Source: Candidatus Saccharimonadia bacterium
GTDB taxonomy: Bacteria; Patescibacteriota; Saccharimonadia; UBA4664
Assembly: GCA_036488585.1 (NCBI GenBank)
Contig: DASXHH010000007.1
Location: forward strand, 1-57,874
DNA: 57,874 nt
Direction: 5' to 3'
Of the stretch, positions 35,822 through 44,865 are shown piece after piece. Position numbers and translations under genes: made by a program. The number at the start of each line of letters is the position of its first letter. The first letter of the stretch is position 1. A model generated the notes under the pieces. That model did not search any database and was not told the DNA's origin. It worked only from the letters and a program-made list of their open reading frames with translations.

Positions 35822-38608
35822 ATGCCCAACAACGAACCTCCTATAACTCTTCACGTCATTAACCACACCCACTGGGACAGAGAATGGTTCGTTCCGTACA
35901 CCATCACGCGTCGCTGGATACCCAACCTCATTCACAACCTCGAAAAAGTCGTTCAGAAAAATCCCGATTACAGCTTCCTGTTCGACGCCCAGACTATGGT
36001 CATTGAAGACCTCGAGGCCAGTAGTAAGGAAAGCTACGCCGTCGCCCGTCGTCTAATCGAAAACCACAACCTCGAAATCGGCCCCTATTACGCCCAGCTC
36101 GAAATGCGCAACCCCGGAGCCGAATCCCTAGTCCGCAACCTCCGCATCGGCATCGACAAGGCCCTCGAACTAGGCGGCTCACCTCAATTTACCGCCTGGG
36201 ACGTTGACACCTTTGGTCACATTTCGCAATCTCCCCAAATCCACGCCTTATTCGGTATCCGTAACGTTTATATGTGGCGTGGTCCTAGCGAGCTGGCCCC
36301 ATTCTTCTGGTGGAAAGGCGCCGACGGCACCAGCATGCTCGCCATCGACCTATTCGCCGGTGGTTACCGCAACTTTTATAAGGTCACATCCAAAAACAAG
36401 CTCGCTATCAAGCGGCTCAATCACGAGGTCCGCAAGCTTTATCCGTTCTATAAATTTGGCCACATCCCGGTCTTCGATGGTTTCGACCTTGACAAGGAGC
36501 CTGGCGACGCAGCCTCCTACTTCCATAAGCACCATGCCAGTGAACTGGCCCAAAGTAATGTCCAGGTCGTCAATTCGTCGCCCTACCAGTTCGCCGACGC
36601 CATCCGCCGCATAGACGGCGATTTCCCTACGTTTACTAGCGAGCTTATTAGCGGCAAGTACTCATCGGTCTTCCCGGGAACCTTATCCGCCCGGGTCTAC
36701 TCGAAGTTGTTGGCCACCCATGCCGAGCAATTGCTTTATCGCTATGCCGAGCCTATTAGCCTACTCCTGCCGCCTGATCGCTATCCTGAGAAGCTCTTCG
36801 AAAATCAAACCAAGCTCATCCTGCAAAACCTGGTTCACGACGTTATCAGCGGTTGTAGCATCGATCAGGTTCACGACTACTCCGAGCTCCGCGCCGCCGA
36901 GGTCGACCGCACCCTCAAACAATCGGTTTCACAAACACTCACCGATACCGCCGGCGTTCTCGCAGACGGTACTTACGCCTTCGTTCCCAATGGCGGCCCC
37001 ACCGACCTCACCCTCGAAGTCGACGGCCAACTCTACCAAGTCACGAACCAGGAAATCGGGATCACCAGGGTTAAGCCCACGCAGGCCCTAAAACTCGATC
37101 CCCAAAATGTGGAGAATTTCAGCTGGAAAAACCAGCACTACCAGGCCGAACTCAAATCCGATGGTATTCTGAGCCTCGGTGAAGGACAGTTCGGTGAACT
37201 CGTAGTGCGAGCCGACGATGGCGACACCTACTGGGACGAGCCGCGCGGGCAGGGAATCCCGCTAAAGATCTCCGGACCGATCCAGGTCATGAACGAATCC
37301 ACCAATTTCGCCCAGCTAGCCTTCACCGCCGCCGCCAAGAATCCGGATTACGATATTCAGGTTAAAGTTAAGCTTACCTTCGACCAATCGCCCATCATTA
37401 AATGGCAGCTCATCCTTCTCACCGTCGGCTCTGGTTTCAGTGTAGCCTTGCGCCACAACTACGGCCACAAAATCCCAAAGCTGAACGTCGGCATGCAGTT
37501 CGACAACACTGAACGCGACTTCCAAGACACTAACCTGATGGAGCGCGACCTCAGCCCCAAAATGCGTTCGCTCCTAATTGGACAGCGCGACCTCTACCAG
37601 ATCTTTACATTCCCATTCCATACCTACGTCACACCGTCTGACAACCCAGATCACGTCCATCTCTTGGCTAAAGGTCTTAGGGCCTACCAGACCGAGCAGC
37701 CCGGCATTATCGATCTCATTCTTACCCGACCAGTCGATTGGGTGATGAAGCCCGGCCTCCACAAGTACCACTCCGGTGATGCCGGCCCCAAATTCTTGGT
37801 CCCCGGCGCCCGCTGTGAACGCGAAACTACCATCGAATGCGCCCTACTAGTAAATCCAGACGGCCCCGGTAGCATCAACTTCCACCAAATGGCCAACCAT
37901 TTCCTCAATCCACCCTTGCTGTTCCAGGTTACAGGCTCAAGCGGCCGAAAAAAGTCAATCTCACTCTTTAAAGAAACTGCTCCGATATCGTCCCTGCACC
38001 AGTACCACAGTCAGCGGCTGGCCCGTATCTATAACCCCACCGACCAGTCAGTGCCGCTATCTGAAACCCAAACCATATTGACCCGCGACTGCGTTGCCGA
38101 TGGTACCGCCAGTGAACTTTCGCCCAAGCGCATCGCCACTCTCAGACTCACCCAACCCACTCCCACCAAATTGGCCGCTGGTCCTAAGCCTAGCGTAACT
38201 CTCATTAACTGGCCAAAGTACCCGGTCGGACCCGACATGTCCAAACCTAGCCCAGAATCCCTAGCTCAGCTCAGCCAAATGCAAGACCGACTCCAAACCG
38301 AGCACGACCAGCTAAAAACCGAGATCGAGGCTAACGGCGATGATTCCCCGAGTCGCTTATTGCACCGCTTCTACATCATCACGCGCGAGCTTATGGAGGC
38401 CAGGCTATCGCTGGAATGGAACCTTAAACGTCTCAGCGCCAAAACCCCCACCGATAACCCCTACACTATCAACGAAGAACTATACAAAATGGCCACGGAA
38501 TATAACGATATGCGCATTGTCCGGCGTATGTACGATTACATCGTTGATATTGACGCCAAGGGTCAGGAGCAAGCCCGGCCGACCCACCATTCCAGCCAAA
38601 CTTCATAG
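35822..38608 (+). CDS. glycoside hydrolase family 38 (alpha-mannosidase / mannosylglycerate hydrolase-like)
   Basis: N-terminal metal-site block HVINHTHWDREWF and GH38-type length (928 aa). No signal peptide. TAAGAT lies 7 nt upstream of the ATG. Confidence 0.8.
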   Translation: MPNNEPPITLHVINHTHWDREWFVPYTITRRWIPNLIHNLEKVVQKNPDYSFLFDAQTMVIEDLEASSKESYAVARRLIENHNLEIGPYYAQLEMRNPGAESLVRNLRIGIDKALELGGSPQFTAWDVDTFGHISQSPQIHALFGIRNVYMWRGPSELAPFFWWKGADGTSMLAIDLFAGGYRNFYKVTSKNKLAIKRLNHEVRKLYPFYKFGHIPVFDGFDLDKEPGDAASYFHKHHASELAQSNVQVVNSSPYQFADAIRRIDGDFPTFTSELISGKYSSVFPGTLSARVYSKLLATHAEQLLYRYAEPISLLLPPDRYPEKLFENQTKLILQNLVHDVISGCSIDQVHDYSELRAAEVDRTLKQSVSQTLTDTAGVLADGTYAFVPNGGPTDLTLEVDGQLYQVTNQEIGITRVKPTQALKLDPQNVENFSWKNQHYQAELKSDGILSLGEGQFGELVVRADDGDTYWDEPRGQGIPLKISGPIQVMNESTNFAQLAFTAAAKNPDYDIQVKVKLTFDQSPIIKWQLILLTVGSGFSVALRHNYGHKIPKLNVGMQFDNTERDFQDTNLMERDLSPKMRSLLIGQRDLYQIFTFPFHTYVTPSDNPDHVHLLAKGLRAYQTEQPGIIDLILTRPVDWVMKPGLHKYHSGDAGPKFLVPGARCERETTIECALLVNPDGPGSINFHQMANHFLNPPLLFQVTGSSGRKKSISLFKETAPISSLHQYHSQRLARIYNPTDQSVPLSETQTILTRDCVADGTASELSPKRIATLRLTQPTPTKLAAGPKPSVTLINWPKYPVGPDMSKPSPESLAQLSQMQDRLQTEHDQLKTEIEANGDDSPSRLLHRFYIITRELMEARLSLEWNLKRLSAKTPTDNPYTINEELYKMATEYNDMRIVRRMYDYIVDIDAKGQEQARPTHHSSQTS

Positions 38609-38646
38609 CACCCAGCGCCAATACCCACTCCTGTCATACTTTAGTA

Positions 38647-38674
38647 TTGACTTAATTAAGTAGCGGGTTATATT
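38647..38674 (+). promoter_or_regulatory. sigma70-type promoter of the ArsR operon, leaderless-type
   Basis: TTGACT (38647-38652), 16 nt, TATATT (38669-38674), then 7 nt to ATG 38682. Confidence 0.55.
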
Positions 38675-38681
38675 TATAAAT

Positions 38682-38975
38682 ATGGACGTCTTTTTCGCTC
38701 TCGCCGAACCCACCCGCCGCAGCATCATCGAGATGCTGGCAGAACGTGGCCAGCTATCAGCCACTGCCATCGCCGGACGATTTCACTCTACGCCTTCAGC
38801 CATTTCGCAACACCTCAAGGTCTTGCGCGAGGCCCGGCTAGTTTCGGTCGAGAAACGCAACCAACAACGCCTGTACTCACTCAATACTGAGGCCGTAAAA
38901 CAGCTGGAAGACTGGGCCCGGCAGATGTCGGCTCGTTACGATGCGCTTGAAGCCATGATAGATAACAATAATTAA
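38682..38975 (+). CDS. ArsR/SmtB-family transcriptional regulator
   Basis: FFALAEPTRRSIIEMLAERGQLSATAIAGRFHSTPSAISQHLKVLREARLV. Confidence 0.9.
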   Translation: MDVFFALAEPTRRSIIEMLAERGQLSATAIAGRFHSTPSAISQHLKVLREARLVSVEKRNQQRLYSLNTEAVKQLEDWARQMSARYDALEAMIDNNN

Positions 38976-38986
38976 GGAGGCACGAC

Positions 38987-39451
38987 ATGCCTGAGACCGA
39001 AACCAATTACCAATTCGAAATCGACCGCGACAAACTCGAGGTACGGATTAGCCGCATCTTCCGCACCACCCCGGAGCGCATGTGGCAGGCCCACACCGAG
39101 CCTAAACTGCTCATGCGCTGGTGGACCAACACCAAAATCGACAAGCTCGACCTCAAGCCCGGTGGCGAATGGCGGTTTGTCAGTAATGCGAATGGCCAGG
39201 ACTTTACCGTCGGCGGTCAGTTCAAGGAGCTCGAGAAACCGAAAAAAATCGTCCGCACCTTTGAATTCGCCCCCGGCCACTCAATTCTCGAAACCACCAC
39301 CTTCGAGGCACTCCCCAACGGTACCACGAGGCAACTAGCCGTCTCCAAGTTTGCCAACCTCGACGACCTCAACCAAATGAGCAAGGGCATGCAGTACGGT
39401 GCCGAACCGGGAATGGAGCTACTAGCCCAGGTAGCCGAGTCCGAAGATTAA
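38987..39451 (+). CDS. SRPBCC (AHSA1/START-like) domain protein
   Basis: Size and the blocks ERMWQAHTEPKLLMRWW...GGEWRF fit the family. It forms the classic ArsR-SRPBCC pair. AAGGAGG lies upstream. Confidence 0.85.
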   Translation: MPETETNYQFEIDRDKLEVRISRIFRTTPERMWQAHTEPKLLMRWWTNTKIDKLDLKPGGEWRFVSNANGQDFTVGGQFKELEKPKKIVRTFEFAPGHSILETTTFEALPNGTTRQLAVSKFANLDDLNQMSKGMQYGAEPGMELLAQVAESED

Positions 39452-39469
39452 CCCCCGAAGGAGTACAAA

Positions 39470-39847
39470 ATGCCGACAGCAGATAAACTAACCATGTTCC
39501 AGATGGCCGTGGGCGACATGCCCAAAGCCAAGGAGTTTTACTCTGACCACCTCGGTCTCAAGGTCGCCAAGGATTACCGCCAAGACGAGGACCACTGGTG
39601 GGTCTCGCTGGACGGAGCCCAGGGCGGCGCCACCATCACTCTCACAACCTACAAGAGCAATATGAAGCCCGGCAACCTCGTGCTCTATTTCTCAACCTCC
39701 GATGTGACGGCCAACCACCAAGCGCTAGCAAAGCAGGGCGTGAAGGTCGGCGACATCCAAAACGACCTCTATGGACCAGGCTCGGGCGTCAAGTTTTTCC
39801 AGGTCGAAGACCCCGACCACAACCTCGTTCACGTCTGGCAGGCATAA
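39470..39847 (+). CDS. VOC (glyoxalase/bleomycin-resistance) family protein
   Basis: 125 aa with DMPKAKEFYSDHLGLKV...FQVEDPDHNLVHV. GAAGGAG lies upstream. Confidence 0.85.
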   Translation: MPTADKLTMFQMAVGDMPKAKEFYSDHLGLKVAKDYRQDEDHWWVSLDGAQGGATITLTTYKSNMKPGNLVLYFSTSDVTANHQALAKQGVKVGDIQNDLYGPGSGVKFFQVEDPDHNLVHVWQA

Positions 39848-39870
39848 AGCACAAGGCCCATAATTAACAC

Positions 39871-42108
39871 ATGCAAGAATACATCGAAATCCGCGGTGCC
39901 CGCGAAAATAATCTAAAAGATATTAGCCTCAAAATCCCTAAGCGCAAGATCACCATCTTTACGGGAGTGTCCGGCTCTGGCAAGTCCAGTCTTGTGTTCG
40001 ACACCATCGCCGCCGAAGCCCAGCGCCTTCTGAACGAAAATTTCAGCATGTTCGTCCGCAACTTCTTGCCTCGCATTAGCCAGCCGGACGCCGACGAAAT
40101 CAAGAACCTGGGCATGGCGGTGATAGTGGACCAAAAACCCCTCGGTGGCGGCGCGCACTCCACCGTTGGCACGGTCACCGATATCTCAACCGCCCTACGC
40201 CTCATGTTCTCTCGCTTTGGTACGCCGCATGTTGGTAATGCCAACATGTTCTCGTTCAATGATCCGGCCGGCATGTGCCCAGAGTGTCATGGCCAAGGCC
40301 AAAAGCTGGACCTCGACCTAGAACTCGCCTTCGATATGAATAAGTCCATCAACGACGGTGCCCTAAAGCTACCGGAGTATACCGGCAAAAACGCCTGGGG
40401 CTTGGAGATAGTCAAACATTCCAAGCTCTTCGACAACGACAAGCCGCTCAAGGATTTCACCGACCAGGAACTTAACGATCTCTTTCACTCCAAGCCCATC
40501 CCCACCGACACGATGCAGGGCGTGAAGTTAAAATTTGAAGGCGTAGTCGATAAGTTCGTGCGCAAGTATCTTGTCGAGTTCGACTACCGGACCATGTCGG
40601 ATCGCACCCAAAAAACCATCGGTCCATTCGTTACCATGGGCCCCTGCCACCTTTGCCATGGCGCCCGCATTAATCAAAAAGCCTTGGCCTGCAAGATCGA
40701 CGGGTTCAACATCGCCGACCTTACTGCCATGCAGGTAGACAAGCTACTATCAATCGTAAGCAAGCTTGAGACTACCCAAAACCACGCCCTCATCAAAACC
40801 GTCCATGAACGTCTCACCAATCTAGTCGAAATCGGTCTGGGCTATCTCACTCTCGACCGACCCACCGACACCCTCTCAGGTGGCGAGTCCCAGCGAGTCA
40901 AGTTAGTAAAGCACCTCAACGGTGCCCTGGTCGATTGCATGTATATCTTCGACGAGCCCAGCGTCGGCCTCCACCCCCGCGATGTTCACCGGCTCAACGA
41001 GCTTCTAGCCAAGCTCCGCGATCAAGGCAACACCGTGCTAGTAGTGGAGCACGACCCCGACGTCATCAAGGCCGCCGATCACGTGGTAGATGTTGGCCCC
41101 AAGGCTGGCGCGGCCGGAGGCAAGATCGTCTTCGAGGGTACCTACCCAGAGCTCCTCAAGGCCAAGACCGTTACCGGCGAGCATCTCAAGGATCGGACGC
41201 CCATAAAGCCCCAGTTCCGTTCACCTTCCGGAAAGCTCTCCATCACAGGCGCTCACGCCAATAACCTTAAGCACATTACCGTCGACATCCCCACCGGTAT
41301 CTTTACCGTCATTACCGGCGTGGCCGGCTCGGGCAAGAGCTCGCTCATCCACCAGGTCTTTCTCAAACAGCACCCCGATGCCATAGTGGTCGACCAAACG
41401 GCCATCGGCACCTCCAACCGCTCCAACCCGGCCACCTACATTGGCATCTTTGACCCCATTCGCAAAGGCTTTGCTAAAGCGAACCAAGTTGACGCCGGGT
41501 TGTTCAGTTTCAACTCCAAAGGAGCCTGCGATAACTGTAACGGCGCCGGTTTTCTTACCCAAAACCTCGGCTTTCTCGACGACGCCAAGACCCCCTGCGA
41601 TGTCTGCGGTGGTAAACGTTTTAAAGATGAGGTTCTGGGATATAAATACCATGGCAAAACCATTACCGAGGTACTCGACCTTACTATGGCCGAAGCTCAA
41701 GACTTCTTCGACCTTAAAGAAATCGGCCCCAGCCTGCAGGCCCTCAATGATGTCGGCCTCGAATACCTCACTCTAGGCCAACCGCTCAGCACCCTGTCTG
41801 GTGGCGAATGTCAACGCATCAAGTTGGCCCAGCAACTACACAAGAAGGGGAGTGTGTACGTGCTCGACGAACCCACCACCGGACTGCACATCTCCGATAC
41901 CGCGCGCCTGCACCAGCTCATCGACCGGCTAGTCGATGACGGCAACACCGTCATCACCATTGAGCACAACACCGATGTCATCCGACGCGCCGACTGGATC
42001 ATAGATCTCGGCCCCGAAGGCGGCGATAAGGGCGGACAAATTATGTTTGAAGGCACACCAGCCGAGTTACTACTATCCAAGCAGGCCCTGATCGCCCATT
42101 ATTTGTGA
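39871..42108 (+). CDS. UvrA-like ABC ATPase, short class (UvrA2/DrrC-like, lacks the UvrB-binding insert)
   Basis: Contains IEIRGARENNLKDISLKIP, GVSGSGKSSLVFDTI, LSGGESQRVKL, GVAGSGKSSL, LSGGECQRIKLA and Cys4 fingers (CPECHGQG, CHLCHG, CDNCNGAG...CDVCGG). It is 745 aa, against about 940 for canonical UvrA. Confidence 0.9.
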   Translation: MQEYIEIRGARENNLKDISLKIPKRKITIFTGVSGSGKSSLVFDTIAAEAQRLLNENFSMFVRNFLPRISQPDADEIKNLGMAVIVDQKPLGGGAHSTVGTVTDISTALRLMFSRFGTPHVGNANMFSFNDPAGMCPECHGQGQKLDLDLELAFDMNKSINDGALKLPEYTGKNAWGLEIVKHSKLFDNDKPLKDFTDQELNDLFHSKPIPTDTMQGVKLKFEGVVDKFVRKYLVEFDYRTMSDRTQKTIGPFVTMGPCHLCHGARINQKALACKIDGFNIADLTAMQVDKLLSIVSKLETTQNHALIKTVHERLTNLVEIGLGYLTLDRPTDTLSGGESQRVKLVKHLNGALVDCMYIFDEPSVGLHPRDVHRLNELLAKLRDQGNTVLVVEHDPDVIKAADHVVDVGPKAGAAGGKIVFEGTYPELLKAKTVTGEHLKDRTPIKPQFRSPSGKLSITGAHANNLKHITVDIPTGIFTVITGVAGSGKSSLIHQVFLKQHPDAIVVDQTAIGTSNRSNPATYIGIFDPIRKGFAKANQVDAGLFSFNSKGACDNCNGAGFLTQNLGFLDDAKTPCDVCGGKRFKDEVLGYKYHGKTITEVLDLTMAEAQDFFDLKEIGPSLQALNDVGLEYLTLGQPLSTLSGGECQRIKLAQQLHKKGSVYVLDEPTTGLHISDTARLHQLIDRLVDDGNTVITIEHNTDVIRRADWIIDLGPEGGDKGGQIMFEGTPAELLLSKQALIAHYL

Positions 42109-42144
42109 TGAAAATCGAACTCTGCTCCTACAGTATATAAATTG

Positions 42145-42173
42145 TTGCAATTTATATACATAAGTGTTATTAT
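42145..42173 (+). promoter_or_regulatory. near-consensus promoter of island ORF 1
   Basis: TTGCAA (42145-42150), 17 nt, TGtTATTAT (-10 at 42168-42173), in a 60-nt line that is only 23% GC. Confidence 0.6.
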
Positions 42174-42209
42174 AACTAAACCCATCAACCGCTCGAAAGA
42201 AGGAATGTG

Positions 42210-42731
42210 ATGGACGTACCCGAACTCCCACGGCTGCAACCGCGACCGGTGGGCCAAGAGGCCCTGGAATTGGTGCGGGCAGCTCGCACCATCGCCGATC
42301 GGTACTTCGAGGTCTGCCGGACAACTCCCGGCGCGGATTTCGACGACTGGCGGCCAATGGTCCCGATGATCAACTACCACGGCTACGAAGGTGCACTAAC
42401 TCGCTCGGGACTCTTCGTGGGCTGCGATGTCGACGGCAGTTACTGGCGGCCGCACGTGGTCGTGACACCCTGGGGCCAGTGGGTCTTCGTCGGCTCCGGC
42501 AGAGAAGGCGCTGGCCTCCAGTTCCGCAATAACCCCACCTTCATGAACGGCCTTGCGCTTGGTCAGGTCTACATCTCGCCGAGCAACCAACGCGCTCACA
42601 TGTACCCCGTGCTGTCGATAGACGGCACGCAGCTACCTGATCCGCAGCTTTACTGCTGGACTGCGCGCATCCGTGCCATGGAGCACGGCCCCCTCGAAGA
42701 TGAGTGGCGAGAACTGTTCGCCGCCGCCTAG
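42210..42731 (+). CDS. hypothetical protein (GC-rich island ORF 1)
   Basis: 173-174 aa with GAAGGAAT 5 nt upstream of ATG 42210 (GTG 42207 also in frame). Strong G/C third-position bias. No family recognised. Confidence 0.55.
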   Translation: MDVPELPRLQPRPVGQEALELVRAARTIADRYFEVCRTTPGADFDDWRPMVPMINYHGYEGALTRSGLFVGCDVDGSYWRPHVVVTPWGQWVFVGSGREGAGLQFRNNPTFMNGLALGQVYISPSNQRAHMYPVLSIDGTQLPDPQLYCWTARIRAMEHGPLEDEWRELFAAA

Positions 42732-42746
42732 CTTCCACTCGCCCGT

Positions 42747-42767
42747 CCCGGCTGCAACAACGCCGGG
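42747..42767 (+). terminator. GC hairpin after island ORF 1
   Basis: CCCGGC (42747-42752) / GCCGGG (42762-42767) with a 9-nt loop. No U-tract. Confidence 0.4.
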
Positions 42768-42798
42768 CTCCGGGCCCTACCCGAGCTTTCAAATCCGA

Positions 42799-42886
42799 TT
42801 TGAAGTCTCAGGCAGGTATAAACGACCGAAACCTAATATCGTTCATCATGGCCAATATCTCCCTCGCATACTGAGTTCGAAACTCG
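42799..42886 (+). repeat. copy A of a ~85-nt repeated 3' element
   Basis: By hand it aligns with 43429-43515 at roughly two-thirds identity, with colinear perfect blocks TTTGAA, ACCTAAT, TCGTTCAT, ATCTCC and TTCGAA. Confidence 0.45.
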
Positions 42887-42906
42887 AATAGTAGTTCGCC
42901 CCAGTA

Positions 42907-42935
42907 TTGTAATTATTTTATATTTGTGCTATAAT
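42907..42935 (+). promoter_or_regulatory. consensus promoter of island ORF 2
   Basis: TTGTAA (42907-42912), 17 nt, TGcTATAAT (-10 at 42930-42935). Confidence 0.65.
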
Positions 42936-43005
42936 AATCTAAGTGTTGCCCAGATGGTAACCTCCAAGCCGACGCAATTGGACCTCCACTGAGGAAGGAA
43001 TATCG

Positions 43006-43350
43006 ATGCGCGCGAACCTTGACCCAAGAGCCGCCACGGCCGCATCAATCGCATTCGACTCGGCACTACCCTACGTCTTCGCGCCAGGCGCGGAGATTCT
43101 TGAGGTTGTAGTCAAATGGGACGGGCGTGTTCACCCGACCCTCCGCACGTTCTCAGTTACCGCCAAGGTGCAGGCACCGGGGGCGCCTGAAGCTGTGGAG
43201 GTTTCGTCGGAGATTTCCGTCAACCTAACCTCCGACGGCTGGACCAACTGCCTCTTCACGTGGTGGGGTCTAAAAGACGACCCCCAGCCTCATGTCCGGT
43301 ACTACGTCAACCTCAATGCGGAGCCTGAACCCACGTTCAGAATCGCTTAA
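43006..43350 (+). CDS. hypothetical protein (GC-rich island ORF 2)
   Basis: 114 aa with GAGGAAGGAAT 5 nt upstream of the ATG. No family recognised. Confidence 0.5.
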   Translation: MRANLDPRAATAASIAFDSALPYVFAPGAEILEVVVKWDGRVHPTLRTFSVTAKVQAPGAPEAVEVSSEISVNLTSDGWTNCLFTWWGLKDDPQPHVRYYVNLNAEPEPTFRIA

Positions 43351-43382
43351 GCCGTGAGGCGGTTCGTCAGGTCAGGGACTCA

Positions 43383-43404
43383 CTCCCCCGCGAACGCGGG
43401 GGAG
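43383..43404 (+). terminator. GC hairpin after island ORF 2
   Basis: CTCCCCCGCG-AA-CGCGGGGGAG, a perfect 22-nt palindrome. No U-tract. Confidence 0.5.
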
Positions 43405-43428
43405 CCCACCCCAAGATTTTAAGCATTC

Positions 43429-43515
43429 TTTGAAATCTTAGGCTGGGCTAATGACTGAACGAACCTAATGTCGTTCATAATGCGACTAATCTCCGCACCC
43501 ACATTTCGAACCCGG
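43429..43515 (+). repeat. copy B of the ~85-nt repeated 3' element
   Basis: See copy A. It contains the hairpin TGAACGA-N8-TCGTTCA. Confidence 0.45.
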
Positions 43516-43585
43516 TTTAGGAAAGAGATTCTTTCGATAGCGAATAAAATTAATTTTAAGTCTTTAACTCCTATTAACTGAAGGA

Positions 43586-43606
43586 CCCCCGGCTGGCTGC
43601 CGGGGG
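43586..43606 (-). terminator. GC hairpin downstream of island ORF 3
   Basis: CCCCCGGC (43586-43593) / GCCGGGGG (43599-43606) with a 5-nt loop, 84 nt past the stop at 43690. Confidence 0.45.
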
Positions 43607-43689
43607 GTATTGGGGGACCGGGCAGCTTTGCACTGCCACCTACTTATGTAGGGCACTCACTTGAGCTACTGGCCCTCGTTGTGTATGGG

Positions 43690-44613
43690 CTAGAGGTTGA
43701 TCGCGCGGAGACGCCGCTCCAGATCGGCGGCGATAGTCAGGACGTAATCCTCGTGCTCGCTGCCAACGATCGGGAGACCGGCGTAGCCGCCGGCGCCGAA
43801 GATGGGAGACAGGTCGAGAATCTCCGGATTGACCGATCCGACCACCGTGAAGCGGAAGGCCGGGGCGTGAACGGTTCCAGCCAACTCCTTGGCGTAAGTG
43901 CTCGTGTCGCGCTTGAGCGACACGAGCATGGTCCAGGGCTCGCCCTCCTTCTGGTGCCAGCCGGAGTGGAAGCTCCCCACGGTGTCATCATTGACGTCGA
44001 GGACCACGCAGGCCAGAGAGTCGAGGAACATCGGCACTTTGCCGCCCCTGTGCGATCGCGTTTCCCCTGGGTAGAGGAAGCCGCCACAGATGGTGGTGGC
44101 GAGTTGCGCCGCCGTGAACCGGGAGAGGCGGGTGCCGTGCAAGGCCTGCACCACCGGCCTCAGGTCCAGCTCCACTATCTCGCCTGCTCGCGCGGACGCG
44201 GGAAGTGGGAACTGGGCTTCGAGCCACAGCGCTCGGAGCGACTGCTGTTGCTGGCCGTAATAGGCGGCGAGATCGTCCATTACGCAGACGTAATCCGTAG
44301 TAGAGACGTGGTACACCCCGTTGAGGCGGCGAACTGTCGGCATCCAATCGAACGGCGCATCGTAGCTTTGAGACCAGTAGTCGCCGCTATCGAGAGCCGA
44401 CTCGATGGCGCCGAGGACTTCGTCGATGTGAGCTTGGAGCATTTCGTGCAGCTCCGCATGGGACTTCAGCTCGCTCAGGGTGATCCGGCCATCCTTGAGG
44501 TTGACTGAGTCCCAGTTGACGCGCCCGACGGCGGCGCGCGCGAGGACAAGCTTGAGCTCGTCAAGATCAGGAACGGTGAAACCGTGGCGGTACTCATGCC
44601 GCTCGACATCCAT
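43690..44613 (-). CDS. hypothetical protein (GC-rich island ORF 3)
   Basis: 307 aa with GGAGAGAGG 6 nt upstream of the ATG. Sampled 60-nt lines are 57-73% GC with very strong G/C third positions. No family recognised. Confidence 0.6.
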   Translation of the reverse strand: MDVERHEYRHGFTVPDLDELKLVLARAAVGRVNWDSVNLKDGRITLSELKSHAELHEMLQAHIDEVLGAIESALDSGDYWSQSYDAPFDWMPTVRRLNGVYHVSTTDYVCVMDDLAAYYGQQQQSLRALWLEAQFPLPASARAGEIVELDLRPVVQALHGTRLSRFTAAQLATTICGGFLYPGETRSHRGGKVPMFLDSLACVVLDVNDDTVGSFHSGWHQKEGEPWTMLVSLKRDTSTYAKELAGTVHAPAFRFTVVGSVNPEILDLSPIFGAGGYAGLPIVGSEHEDYVLTIAADLERRLRAINL

Positions 44614-44681
44614 CGTAAACCTCTCTCCAAATCAGGGTTCGCCTGGCTATGCCAGGAAATATCCATTGTGGATAGTTATAT

Positions 44682-44710
44682 ATTAAAGCATAAAGTTACG
44701 ATACTTGCAA
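44682..44710 (-). promoter_or_regulatory. promoter of island ORF 3
   Basis: The minus strand reads TTGCAA (44710-44705), 17 nt, TGcTTTAAT (-10 at 44687-44682). Confidence 0.55.
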
Positions 44711-44836
44711 GATGCTGAAAAGTTGGAAAAAGCTTTCTTGAAAATGGATAACAAAATAACGGCTTTGACGCGCTATTTAAGCATAAGTGCTTTGGGGCCC
44801 CAGTGCGACCAACTACCATTATTGCCGAGGATAAGC

Positions 44837-44865
44837 GTGACAATTCTGGCCAGATGTGTTAAGAT
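44837..44865 (+). promoter_or_regulatory. candidate typA promoter
   Basis: GTGACA (44837-44842), 17 nt, TGtTAAGAT (-10 at 44860-44865), followed by a 58-nt structured leader. Confidence 0.5.

Noticed and set aside
42788-43515. Integron attC sites / gene cassettes
   Set aside because: The repeated hairpin-containing elements and cassette-like layout suggested an integron. However, there is no intI, no R''/R' GTTRRRY core pair I could find, each ORF has its own promoter, and ORF 3 is inverted. It is kept only as an unexplained repeat.
43681-44508. 275-aa plus-strand ORF overlapping island ORF 3
   Set aside because: It is antisense to the longer 307-aa ORF, which has an SD and a promoter. Its product is Arg/Gly/Glu/Ala-rich, as expected from reading a high-GC3 gene backwards, and it has no start signals of its own.
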